DNA of 63,958 bases, counting the filler, from Lenisia limosa (lineage: Eukaryota > Protista > Breviatea), in NCBI GenBank assembly GCA_001655205.1. It is 15 parts of 15 records of this genome, joined end to end, with 100 filler letters (N's around TTAATTAATTAA, not from the genome) between each part and the next. Parts side by side here need not be neighbours in the genome. Positions count along the whole stretch, not along the records: positions 2,334 to 13,556 come from LPNZ01011325.1; positions 13,657 to 19,090 come from LPNZ01004379.1; positions 19,191 to 24,789 come from LPNZ01005357.1; positions 24,890 to 30,228 come from LPNZ01008712.1; 11 more parts are not named here. One strand, written 5' to 3'. This document shows, piece by piece, positions 12,567-26,904 of the stretch. The notes beneath the pieces are model-generated. The model made no database searches, was not told where the DNA came from, and saw nothing but the letters and a program-made list of their open reading frames with translations. The translations under genes were made by a program, and so were the position numbers. How positions within the stretch are numbered: the first letter of the stretch is position 1; each line of letters opens with the position of its first letter.

Positions 12567-13556
12567 ATGGGACTCGAACAGCCAGATAACTGGCTTCAAA
12601 CCGCCTACATCGGTAGTGCGATGTTTTTCATCTTCTGTATTCACTTTTTCAGCAAGGTATGTGATCCAATAGATGTTTTTTTCATTAGTCTTACCATTTA
12701 TCCAGATGGAAACTGCCAAGATCGGTAATGTGTATGTCGGGTTGATCATCTATCACAGTTTCTCTATGTTGTTTCCTTATTGTATTCAGACTTGGTGTTA
12801 TTGGCATGCTGACTTCAGTCATTTCTGTTCTTGTCGATGTCAGCTTTGATGGAGAGACTTACGCAGCTGTCATTGGTATTACTTGCTTTGGACTTGCACT
12901 TGGTATCTTTTTTGGAGCTAGTGTACAGATGACTAGCCTTCCTGTAAGCTCAAGTCTTGTATTCTCATGATTTGCAATCATCCGAGACTGACACAACAGG
13001 TTATGGTTGGACTTTTGAATGCTATGGGTGGCTTAGCTGCTGCCTTAGAAGGAATTGCCCTCTACAACTTCAATGAGTTTGTGGTTTTGACAACTTTGAC
13101 CCATTCGGGCCCTTATTTTCTGACTTTTCATGTTCATATGTGTATATCATTGTGTTTATAAGAGCTGTAGCGGTGAACAACCTCTGCTGAGTACAGAAGA
13201 GCACAACACACAACGCGTTGAGCTAGTTATCGGCGTTTCTGTTGGTCTTGTCACCTTCTTTGGCTCAATTGTTGCCTGCATGAAGCTTTCTGGTGAGGCG
13301 GGTGTATGACGTTTTTTTTAAAAGGATCAGTTTTCCTTGACAAAAAATGTACTCACCTTTATTAGCTTTCATCATTGGTGGTAAAGCAGTGACATTCCCT
13401 CTTCGTCACCTTCTCAACTTTATCCTAATTGCCGGCATTATCGTCCTCTCCGCCCTGATCATTCCTGAAAACAAGTCTACTGACAACACCCTCATGGGTC
13501 TTCTCTGTGGATTCTCTTCTCTGTTTGGCATCATGTTCGTTCTTGGAATTGGAGGT
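12567..13556 (+). CDS. pntB: NAD(P) transhydrogenase beginning with the beta (PntB) membrane domain; 5' part, truncated at linker
   Basis: ATG at 12567 (in-frame TAA three codons upstream): MGLEQPDNWLQTAYIGSAMFFIFCIHFFSK / METAKIGN / GMLTSV..GASVQMTSLP / MVGLLNAMGGLAAALEG / IGVSVGLVTFFGSIVACMKLSG / FPLRHLLN..FVLGIGG. This aligns motif by motif with the PntB N-terminus (VQMTxMP, GxVTFxGSIVAxxKL, IGGADMP). Confidence 0.9.
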
Positions 13557-13656
13557 NNNNNNNNNNNNNNNNNNNNNNNNNNNNNNNNNNNNNNNNNNNN
13601 TTAATTAATTAANNNNNNNNNNNNNNNNNNNNNNNNNNNNNNNNNNNNNNNNNNNN

Positions 13657-13830
13657 AATTTATTAGTCCATATTGTCTTGCATTCAAGAAAACCCAATAT
13701 TCTCGAATTCAACCGAAAGACTGTTTTCTTGATGCACCCAGAATTGCATTCCGTCGAGTCAGTGGCACCGTTTGGCTCTATAAGAGCACGTGTGAAAAGG
13801 TATTAAACCTTCTCAACCTTTCTTAAACTA
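13657..13830 (+). CDS. Possible 3' end of an unidentified gene
   Basis: Open frame FKKTQYSRIQPKDCFLDAPRIAFRRVSGTVWLYKSTCEKVLNLLNLS*, followed by a T-rich UTR-like tract. No homology recognised. Confidence 0.25.
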
Positions 13831-14066
13831 TCTATTATTGTTTCTGTGTTTTTTTTTTGTTGTTCTTTCCCCATTTCTTGAATTGACCCTCTACCTTTTG
13901 TCATTGCGCTCAGAACAAAATAAATCAAATAGAATAACAGAAACGGGGGTAGTCTTCGCCGCCAAGTAGAAGGGTCTCATCTAGAGAATGAATGGATGGG
14001 TGGACAAAGTGGATTTAACATGTGAATTGGAGAGCACAGAACCTCTAGCAACCTTGTAAGAAATGC

Positions 14067-16349
<2,283 letters not shown>

Positions 16350-18388
16350 TGAGGGGGGGGGGGGGGNNNNNNNNNNNNNNNNNNNNNNNNNNNNNNNNNN
16401 NNNNNNNNNNNNNNNNNNNNNNNNNNNNNNNNNNNNNNNNNNNNNNNNNNNNNNNNNNNNNNNNNNNNNNNNNNNNNNNNNNNNNNNNNNNNNNNNNNNN
16501 NNNNNNNNNNTCATACTCACAACAGAGAAGCATCATTGTCGCATACTCAGAAAGTGAGAATTTTAAGTAAAATTGAATTCTTTTGAAGAAAAAAACAACT
16601 CCAGGTATGGAGTGAACTGTATGCTGAGGAGGCACGCAGAAAGCTGTGTGCCCAGAGTTGTAAGGCAAATGATTGGGTGAATTAATATTATACAATTATT
16701 CAATATCTCCTATAAGCGTGATGGTGTTGGCGGCTTAGGCCGGATACTAACTAACCCCCCCTTTGAATTGCGGTGCTGTAGGAGCAACTGGCCAGTGCTT
16801 TGTTTGTGTTGTTATCAACCCTGGTGTGTTGTCAGCCAACAGAGTAGATTTGGGCTTTTTAGTTTCATAATTTTTTTTTACAATCCCCCCCCCCCCCNNN
16901 NNNNNNNTTGGAATTGTTGTGAGGGGCACTTTTTTGATCATTTTGAGTGTACCGGTTCTGGACAATTAGAAAAGTAACAAGGTCAAAAAACAAACTCAAG
17001 CTGTCTGGGAATTTTGAATGTTGTACGGAGCTTTGACTATATATATGATTATTTTGTTTCATAAACTTCCCGTTGTCACCTCTTTCGTTTTCTCAGCTTA
17101 ATTTTCATTTCATCCCAATTTCCTTTATTTTGATGGGATGCGGTGCTGCAGAAGCAACTGGCCTGGGTGTTTTTATTAACCCACGTGTGTTGTCAGCCAA
17201 CCGAGTTGTTGGACTTTTTTGTTTCATAAATTTTCCAATTTTATCCCCCCCCCCCCCNNNNNNNNNNNNNNNNNNNNNNNNNNNNNNNNNNNNNNNNNNN
17301 NNNNNNNNNNNNNNNNNNNNNNNNNNNNNNNNNNNNNNNNNNNNNNNNNNNNNNNNNNNNNNNNNNNNNNNNNNNNNNNNNNNNNNNNNNNNNNNNNNNN
17401 NNNNNNAACAGGGCGGTAATTCAGAAAATTGGCTCGGATATTCAATTTTCTCCAAGATTGGCGCATATTGAACGTGATTTACCCCAAAGCTTGGAGTCTT
17501 TCAAAATGAAGTAATGGGTAGTTATTAACCAAAAAGTAATTCGTTTCAAAGAAGGCCTCTTAGAGCATTTTCGAACAGCATCAAAATTTTCTGAATTACC
17601 ACTCTGCTTTCAACGAGGACTCCTTGCATTAGTCGGGAAATTATTTTAAAAATTTGTTTTGGGCCATATTGTAATGGGAACTGTACTTCAGACACTTTAC
17701 TTGATTTTCAGGTGTATACAGTTATGGTAATTGTCGGTAACTACGACATATGATATAGTATTTTTAACAATATCTATTATTAAAATATACTAACCAAGTT
17801 TAGCAATACTAAGCAAGTTTAACTCCACTAGATGGCCGGTATTCTCTGTGTTATTGCCATTTTCTCCCTGAATATCCCAACTTTATCAAACGGTAGGGGA
17901 GCTATAAATTTTGGTGTGGTTGTGTATGTGGGGTGGTGGCAACTTTCTAATATATGGAAATAGTGATGGTTGGGGGGNNNNNNNNNNNNNNNNNNNNNNN
18001 NNNNNNNNNNNNNNNNNNNNNNNNNNNNNNNNNNNNNNNNNNNNNNNNNNNNNNNNNNNNNNNNNNNNNNNNNNNNNNNNNNNNNNNNNNNNNNNNNNNN
18101 NNNNNNNNNNNNNNNNNNNNNNNNNNNNNNNNNNNNNNNNNNNNNNNNNNNNNNNNNNNNNNNNNNNNNNNNNNNNNNNNNNNNNNNNNNNNNNNNNNNN
18201 NNNNNNNNNNNNNNNNNNNNNNNNNNNNNNNNNNNNNNNNNNNNNNNNNNNNNNNNNNNNNNNNNNNNNNNNNNNNNNNNNNNNCACTGATGCTGTCGCG
18301 AATCATTGGAATGGTGCTTGTGTCTAGGTACTCGAGCCAGGTGAGCGGTATTGAAATGATATTGGCAAGAGAACGAATGTGTTGTGTG

Positions 18389-18489
18389 TAGGGCTTCACT
18401 TCGGTTCGAAAAATACTGGTAAAATATTGATAGTTTTCGAGGATTTATCGAGAAATTCAGTCTTTCTTTTGAACCCAAGTGAAGCCCTA
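18389..18489. mobile_element. MITE family A (hAT-like), intact copy with perfect 8-bp TSD
   Basis: TIRs TAGGGCTTCACTTCGGTTCGAAAAA...GAACCCAAGTGAAGCCCTA; GTTGTGTG on both sides (18381-18388, 18490-18497). Confidence 0.9.
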
Positions 18490-18640
18490 GTTGTGTGTGT
18501 GTGGGGATATTTCACACAGTTTCAATATTTGTAAACATTCCGATATTCTATTTTACTTTTCCCAATAACATGCAGTATTTTGATTCATTCTGTTTCAATA
18601 TTTGTATGCATCGCCAGAGACCATCTTAGTTAATCTTCAG

Positions 18641-18737
18641 ATGAAAGCCTACTTTACGATATTTGTCTTCATCCTGGTTCTTGGGTCCCTCTCTGTTAAC
18701 ACCAAGGCCTATACCCTCTATGACACCAACACTGAAG
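18641..18737 (+). CDS. First exon of a putative secreted or membrane protein (rest unresolved)
   Basis: MKAYFTIFVFILVLGSLSVNTKA-YTLYDTNTE is signal-peptide-like and is followed by donor GTTGGGGG. Confidence 0.45.
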
Positions 18738-19278
18738 GTTGGGGGGTGGGGGAGCTCGGCTCGGTTAAAAAGAGAGTGCACCCTATGAGGGGGAGTAGTG
18801 GTCATGGGGGGAGCTGTTTAAGGCGTCACTTCGGTTCGGAGAATACCGGTAAAATCTCGATAGTTTTCGAGGATTTATCGAATTATTCAGTCTTTTTTTT
18901 TTGAACCGAAGTGAAGCCCTAATGCTAATACCTATCTGAGGCAAATAATGGGGGGTGAGTGGGGTGAAATACATGTACTCACCTCCTCCCACCCTTGATT
19001 TATTTTCAACTTTTACAGAGCTGGTTTTTGGGAATTTTCTTGTTTTATATAAATTTTCCTTTTTCCTTTTTCCTTTTTTTTTTTTTTTTTNNNNNNNNNN
19101 NNNNNNNNNNNNNNNNNNNNNNNNNNNNNNNNNNTTAATTAATTAANNNNNNNNNNNNNNNNNNNNNNNNNNNNNNNNNNNNNNNNNNNNATTTGAGACA
19201 CGGGGTTTGCTTTGATTCATGCCCTTGTAGACCACAAATCACTTCGTATCTCGCTTTTTCACGGTTTTTACGGTTTAG

Positions 19279-22200
19279 ATTGTTCAGTTCCGCGAGCCGA
19301 TTAACGACATCATTGTCACCATTCGCGATGAAGTGAGTGGTGTCTTACTTACGGGAGCGTATCAGAGATGGGAATTTGGAAATAGAATTTTAAATGCTGG
19401 TTGAATCATAGCTTGTTATTGGCCTCACAAAAAGTTCCCTCTTACCTAATACCTGTTTTAGCTTCTTCACGGCATGTCCTTGATTCTGAAGGACACCCTC
19501 CGCGGATACCCAAGACTCCTCGAAATCGTCCAAAATACCACACAACGTACAGGGGTGTTTATATCATCTCACAATGGATGTTCACATTCCTTTTTGGATC
19601 ATATTCACACGTGTACGTGTGAACTATCATTGATAAATATCCATTTTTCATCCTCCCCCCTCCCCCAGGACTCATTCACGCTACCCACGATGTGATTCGC
19701 CAGAGATCCAACGAGCAGCTAGCATACGAGGAGGAAATGTACACCATTGACCCGCGGTTCATGCTGCTGAGTGACAATGTTTGTGGTGATCTCAGATTTA
19801 ATAGTGTGAATTTATCATTTTCTCTTCTGCCTTTGAATAAACATTTTTGACCAAAATCCACTTGATATGATTATATGATCGACTTTCGAGTAGACGTGAT
19901 ACCGTGCTCCGTGCAATCGAAATTAATTGTAAAATTGGAAATTTAAGTGTCTGAAATGGGGCTCTGGTTCACTATATCCCACTTCAAATTTTGCAAATAT
20001 TTTTTTCAATTAATTGCATGGAGCCTGATGTGATACGCTATCGTTAACCAACGTTCAGATGTTCACGGCACTCAAGCAAGAGACCTCCCGGGATCGCCGC
20101 AGCAAAGACAAAGACAAGGATGAGCCCGCGAGACGCACTTTCGTAGGGCATTCAAAATTTCCGTCCTGTCTCAAAAATGGCGGTGGTATTGTTTTAAAAC
20201 GTCTACTGTTTCACAACGTGGCCTTTTTACCTCAATTAAATAACGTTTTGATTGCTTTTTTGAAGATGAGCCCAAAATCCCTTCCCTGATCGAAAGAAAA
20301 GAAACTCTGATGGAGATAGTTTCACTGTTCTTATCTACAGTAAATACGACATTGTAAGAACTGACCTTGTAGTCAGACATGATTATCGATGTGGAGGCGG
20401 GCATGACCCCCGATATGGCTCTTGGCATCAACAATGTCGAAGTGGGTTTCAAGGGGCTGGAGGATAGGCTTCGTCTCCTGTTTCTACTAAAATGCAAGTT
20501 TCAGATTCTACTGTTAACCATCATAACCCAGATGTCTGTTTTCATCTCCTTTTAATACTTTTTTTCTTCTTTTTTTGCCTTGTTTCACTTCATAGTCCAC
20601 ACTTTGGTTCTTTCATTTACCAAATAGCAAATATACTCGAAAAATTACGCTGTGTTCCCCAGTTAAACGATACTCTGATTTAATTTGTGCCTGAATTCCA
20701 ATTTTTAAAACCAGAATTATTTCCAGATAAATACTCTTTAACCCAAACGGGCTTTGAAAGAGGTTTCATTATTAACAAAACTTTGATTAAGCTCAAAGCC
20801 TGAGAGCTGTAGGCCATTCGGGTTTTCGATATTCCATCCCAAGTATTGTGGCAGTATTTGATGCATTCCCCTTATTGTGTTCTGGCCCGGCAAACCATCT
20901 CAGCCAGGACTTGCTGTATGTTGAGGGTGTTGGAACCTACAAGAAGATGGAGAAGTTCCTGATTACATCAAAAAAAGAACCTTCGTATTCTTTGCAGATG
21001 CCTGCACCAAGTGCCAAAGGGTGGGGAAGAGTACTTTGTCAAAACATACCTTAGTGGGCTGGCACACATCCTTCCCCTGGACAACCTTGGCGGACTCCTC
21101 AGTTGACATGGAGCCCACATCACCAATTCTACTCTATTAGACACCGCCCCCACTGTAATATGAATACCCACCCCGCAACCGAATGGGAAGTGACCCAAGG
21201 GCGGATATCGATGCCGCAAGGGATTTGATCAGCTGGTTGAGATTGATTGAGCATGGGGAAAGATGTGGTTATTTCCAAAGAATGAAACAGCATACCGTTA
21301 ATTGTCCCTTCATTCTCATGAATTAGAGCTTGGTTGCGACTGAGGGGGGTTTTTGAGCTTTGGGTGTTGAAGTCATAAAGTCTACCCACTAACAACGCGA
21401 ACGAGCATATGCCCCAAAGCCTTCCAGTTCAAGTAAATCGTCTCAAACATCTCGATGTGGCGATAATGATATTCTTGGTATCTGGATGTGAATAAAATGA
21501 CAAAACAAAGCAAACTCCATATCACTTGGGAAGACGAATTCGACCGCACCGATTTATCGGGAAATTAATCACTACTTGCCTCATTTATCACTTGGATGTT
21601 GAAAATGAAAACATTTCTCGATAAGTCATCGATATATTTCGATTGTTTCCCGATCTTTTTCGGACCGGGGTGAAGCAGTACCTACATACGTATTGTATAG
21701 TATATTATGATATAGCTATATGATATTGTGATATTATTTGGACATCCCTTCTGTCCTAATGCCTAAATTTCACGATAAATTATCGATATGCTGAACTTAT
21801 TTTGCTATTACCGAGGGAAGCCCTATATGGAGCAGAAATACTGGAAAACCATAAGAGTAGACATCATAGCATGTGGATTACATGTCGACATACCTCACAA
21901 AACACAGAAATGCCGACGAGGGCAAATTTCTCGCCGATCACGTCGTCAACACTGGAAATGATTCATAATAATTTCATGAAAGCAAGAGATGAAGCTGTAA
22001 GACAGTTCAGTTTACAAAGAAAAGTCGGGCCCTTAACTTTTTTGAATGTACCCAGTCGGCCTAACCTCTCTAGGATATAGACTGGTTTTTGATGTTCTCT
22101 TGTGGAGCTAAAGTACTCAGCTGCCCAGACACTCCCAAGGGGTGGGGTGGGGGTACAAAGCTAAAAGTAACAGATTCAGCATGCTAGGACATTTCATGAT

Positions 22201-23352
22201 ATTATAATTCAAACATATGTTCTATTTCAGTTGCTTCGGACCTTTAATGTATATGATATTTCCGATTGTATATTTGATTAAAGAATATAATATCATATAG
22301 ACCAGGATAAGTCTTGCCCTATTTTCCTTGGGAAAGCACATAGCAAATAGTTCAAGACTTATCCATGTCACTATATCTCATAAATGAATGTTATACATTT
22401 GTTTATATAATTTCTGAAAGGGATTGTAGAATCAGTAATAATACCCAATGTATTGTTGTGTATCTTATTATGCGGCTCAGTTTTCTGTTATCTTTTTCAG
22501 CCGCGAGGAGAAGGAAAAAGAAAAGGAGGAGAAAAAGAAGTCTTCAGGTCTCGGATTCAGCAAAATCAAGTGGGGGTCTCAAATGATTACATTCATTGAT
22601 GATTCAAAAATTACCTTTCAGGCATTTTATGGTTGGAGGAGGAGGAAATGTCGAAGACAAGTCGTCCATCTACACTGTTGGGAGGCTGATATTGTCAAAC
22701 AATCTCTACGAACATCTTCTCTATCCCTTACCTCTGCAGAAGTCAACAGAATCAGGAGACCCGAGCGCGAGTAATTCCGTCATCAGCTCCATTCAGCTCA
22801 GGATGCTCGCTTATTTCAGAGTGGGTCGATCGAAGAAGGGGTATAGTAGCAGTGATGGGATGCGGTGCTGCAGAAGCGACTTGCCTGCGCTTTGTTGTTT
22901 TGTTGTCCCAAACCTGTTGTCAACCAACAGCGGTTACAAGACAGACTACATTATCAGCGAATCCTCGATAAATAAAATTATTTTGCATGTTTTTTGGAAC
23001 CGAAAGCGAAGCTATTCTTTACAATTACAGTTCGCGTTATTCCGCCTGGTGGAATCTCAGATGCAAATTATCCGCTTCTACTACTTCAAACTCTTCCGCA
23101 GCGTTCTTGTCGACACCATCAAGGTTAGTGTCGTAGTTCTGTCTTCACGGATATCGAGATGGGGTGGCATGAGTCACCACCACATTCAGATTCCTATGGA
23201 ATTTGGGCGCTAAAGCAATCGTCCATGTGACAGTTATTAGGAAGAGTCGCGCTCGTGGCAACTGGACAAACTGTTGGCTGAGGACGAGCAGCTCTCAATG
23301 GAACGCAAGCGGGTAGCTTCTCTGAAGGAGTCTCTAACTCATGGAAAGGAAG
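19279..23352 (+). CDS. Dynamin-superfamily GTPase, Mx-like stalk and GED; GTPase domain lies off this contig
   Basis: Exons IVQFREPINDIIVTIRDE / LLHGMSLILKDTLRGYPRLLEIVQNTTQ / LIHATHDVIRQRSNEQLAYEEEMYTIDPRF (middle domain). Later exons IQLRMLAYFR / FALFRLVESQMQIIRFYYF..DTIK / ..LDKLLAEDEQLSMERKRVASLKESL (GED, Mx-type spacing). About 3 kb of unassigned exons lie between. Confidence 0.65.
19903..20028. mobile_element. MITE family E (hAT-like; partial copies at ~47170-47245, ~53085-53117, ~53800-53860)
   Basis: TIRs CGTGCTCCGTGCAAT / ATTGCATGGAGCCTGA; flanks CGTGATAC / TGTGATAC (7/8). The end ..TTGCACGGAGCCCTA occurs at 47231-47245. Confidence 0.7.
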
Positions 23353-23410
23353 GTATGACATGAGAGCTGTTGATAGGGATGGTTTTTTTTTTTGAAGTTT
23401 GGGTAGTATA

Positions 23411-24200
23411 TTATATTATCCAGAATGCAGTGATTGCGCTTGGGTTTATTTTTGGGTAGTATCTTATGTTGACATACGCAAATCCGCTCACGTCCTTAGT
23501 ATTGGACTCGTTGATGATGGGGCAATCGCGTAAGGAAGACGCTGGAATGTGGGGCATGTTTGAAGGCTCCCTCACTGCCCTCAAGACCAAGGTCACGGGC
23601 TAGTCTGTGCATTAATTATTTAATTTCAATTTTGACAATGATGAAGATAAAAGATGGCCAAAATCGGTAATACATGTAACTCGGGTTTATCAAACAGCAC
23701 TCTGAACTAACTCCTCGGTTCGCCTCCCCAGCTTCGCATATCCAGCTGTGAACCTCAGGTCGGTCCAGAGTGCTAAACAGAATCGCTAGCCTAAGTTAAC
23801 CTGACGCATCTTGTCTTGGGCAGCCGCGATGAAACAATGAAATCATACATGAAACAGAACCATTCAACTAGACGTTGCCCCTCCGCTCTACAACAGCAGG
23901 TCCATTTTACCGAGGGCTAGAAGACCTGGTGCGAGTGTCATTGCTACTGACGACCAGAAAGGCATCTTCTGGTTGGAGTTGTAGCCCTGGGTTTATGAGA
24001 AGAGGACCTAATTTTGAAAAATTGAGGCAGGTACCTATTGAAAATGGTCCAAAAGCTTCTAGAATGTTCAAAAAATGGCAAAAAAATCCCACACTTAAGG
24101 TACCCAAAATGAGCAATGATACAACAGCACCGAGCAACACAGTCAGTATTATGTGAAATGTAATCCATGCCTAACAACCATACAGGGAATTCTCGTGGAG
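23411..24200 (-). CDS. Possible hypothetical protein with a hydrophobic segment
   Basis: Open stretches LLGAVVSLLILGTLSVGFFCHFLNILEAFGPF and ..CPIINESNTKDVSGFAYVNIRYYPKINPSAITAFWII*. Splicing not resolved. Confidence 0.25.
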
Positions 24201-25017
24201 TATCGAAAATCATGAAGTGCTTGTCATCGAGCTGAATGTGTTAAAACAGATTTAACTGAAGAAAGATAAAACAAAGTTAGGGAAGGAAAGACGGAGGGTG
24301 AGGCTTCACTTTGATAGTTTTCGATGATTTATCGAGAAATTCAGTCTTTTTTCGAAGCGAAGTGAAGCTACTGATAAGAAAGAAAAAAAAAATGAAGGNN
24401 NNNNNNNNNNNNNNNNNNNNNNNNNNNNNNNNNNNNNNNNNNNNNNNNNNNNNNNNNNNNNNNNNNNNNNNNNNNNNNNNNNNNNNNNNNNNNNNNNNNN
24501 NNNNNNNNNNNNNNNNNNNNNNNNNNNNNNNNNNNNNNNNNNNNNNNNNNNNNGTGGTAACTAGTACTTGGTACTATTACAATTGAAACCAATGAAACTT
24601 ATAACAAACGACTTGGTCAGAGAATCTAATTTGAAATTCAAGAAATATGTCTTCAGAAATAAATCAGACTCATGGTAGCGTCAAAGAGTATGGCAATCTG
24701 CGTATTTTAGCCTACCCTCCACGGAGCAAATCAGTTCGGGTACTAGGACAAAGGGCGGCATGTGCTGGTTCAATTTGGTGCCTGAGGGGNNNNNNNNNNN
24801 NNNNNNNNNNNNNNNNNNNNNNNNNNNNNNNNNTTAATTAATTAANNNNNNNNNNNNNNNNNNNNNNNNNNNNNNNNNNNNNNNNNNNNTGAGGAGAATT
24901 AAATAAAGAACAAGAAGAAAAACAAAGAGGCACGTTCGATGTACACAAAATTTTTTAGATTTTGCTAATATTCCGAAATTATGTATACATTTGCCTATGT
25001 TGATGGCAATCTCCAGG

Positions 25018-26363
25018 AACAAATCGCTGTTCTTCAGTGTAAAACTACACAAGTAAAAAGCGGCACGAAAGATGCAGAAACCATCTGTCGATCTGTCCCA
25101 TTTTGACAATTATGATCTGGCGTTCGATCTCTACTCGAGCCCACGCTTCCACGCTGGTTCGTACTCCGGTGGGTTTTTCTTCACCGAAATCAACTCCTTC
25201 AATTGACTTTTATACGTAAGGGTCACCGCGAAGAGTGTTGCTCACCAAGGAAGCTGCCTGGATGAACCTAAAATCTCGCTCCCAACAAATTTAAGGTTGG
25301 AATTCACTGGAGTTGGGCTGTTCCCTAGCTGTACCCTGTTTCTCACCACCAACTCCAGGAGATTAACACAACTTGCTGCAACCTCTGGTGAAGCTTTTTC
25401 GCAGACATGACCTTCAATGTTTTTAAGGACAGTTCGTTGTATACCCTTGTTTTTGCCACCCGAAGCCTAAAATTAGAAGTCATGGAAATCAAAGCCTGGG
25501 TTAAAATCAAGTACAGAAAAAAGTTCGCCTTCACAATGGCATTTCTTGTTCTCTTCTCTACATATAAAGAACTCAATAACTACACAGATGAAAAAGGGCC
25601 ACGCTTCCTCATCGACCAACTCCACGTTGACTTCGAAGATACGCAACAACAAGGGGCAAGGGCTGCCGCTTTACTTTTAACACAGTTTGACAGTGAAATC
25701 CCCCACTCTGTACCAAATACTGAAGAGGTAAATTCAATATGAAGGAGTTAATCTGGTACAATCTTCAGACCTTCGTAAATTCGTCGACCTTATTCATTCG
25801 CTTTTGATTGTTCCATTTTCTCTATGCGATAATGATTGCGGCAGTTGGGGATTCTGACAAACAGTCCAAAATTTGAGCTGTAAGCGCCCCTCATTTCGAG
25901 GTCCTGTTCACAATTGCATTTCTTGCCTACAGAAGACCTTTGAGTCGAATCCTAACCTTTCCCAAGACACTCTCACGGAAAAGCTGAAATCCCTCTGCCT
26001 TAACCACTCCTCATAGCCTTCTTTCCCACGTACAGTAAAACCACATTTTATCAGTAAATTCAGTGGAATTGTTTTCTTTATTGGGGTTTTCAATGGTTTA
26101 GCGACAACGAAAGACTATATCAACCTCGCCACCGCCAAACTCGTGCCCAGAAGTGGTTACAAACATACCCAGAAACTCGTGATATCCTTGGCTACGACGT
26201 CTTAGGCACCATCACCATCACCAACCCCTACCTCAACCACCAGGCCGCTGTTGTCTTTGCCAGTTGGAGCCTGAAAGAGTTCACCCCTGAAAAGGCCACG
26301 TCGCTGCAAGAAGCAGCAGATGAGCTCATGCAACAAATGGTGATTGGAGTATTCTCAACTTAA
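25018..26363 (+). CDS. Hypothetical protein, 3' part
   Basis: GT-AG-bounded open exons, e.g. YTDEKGPRFLIDQLHVDFEDTQQQGARAAALLLTQFDSEIPHS. Terminal exon DNERLYQPRHRQTRAQKWLQTYPETRDILGYDVLG..MQQMVIGVFST, TAA at 26361-26363. Family not recognised. Confidence 0.5.
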
Positions 26364-26904
26364 CCCCATAAATCCTGTCAACATTGTATATCCTCTACTT
26401 CTGGGTTATAAATGGCTGATAAAATATAGAGAATTTCAGCGCAATCCTTGCCCAGACTGAACTGTTGCCTGGGGTTTTGCTTGTACTGTCATTCTCCACT
26501 TATCTTGATCATCCATCATATGGATCGATCTTCGTATTCCTCATGAGGCGAAATGGTTTTGTTGAATGTTACTTTGAATCGTGATTAAGGCCTCACTAAA
26601 ATTGAATAACTGCCTGTAGTAAAAAACAAAATGAAGCAAAAGAAAAAGAAAAGACAAACATTAAAAATAAACAACTCTTTTATGAGAGGTGTGAAGTTTG
26701 GGATGAGACGCGGAATCCAGGAATATTTCAAGGGAGGGGGCGGAGGAGTAACAATGGAAAATTTACGTAAACGATCAAAACCGACTATGTGTTAGCTCGA
26801 AACACAAGAGGGTTGAAAAATAAAAATAAAACAAATATCGAAAAATAAAGAAGAGATCGGCTTCCTCCAATCCGACAAAATGGTCAAGAAAAGCCCCACA
26901 TACA

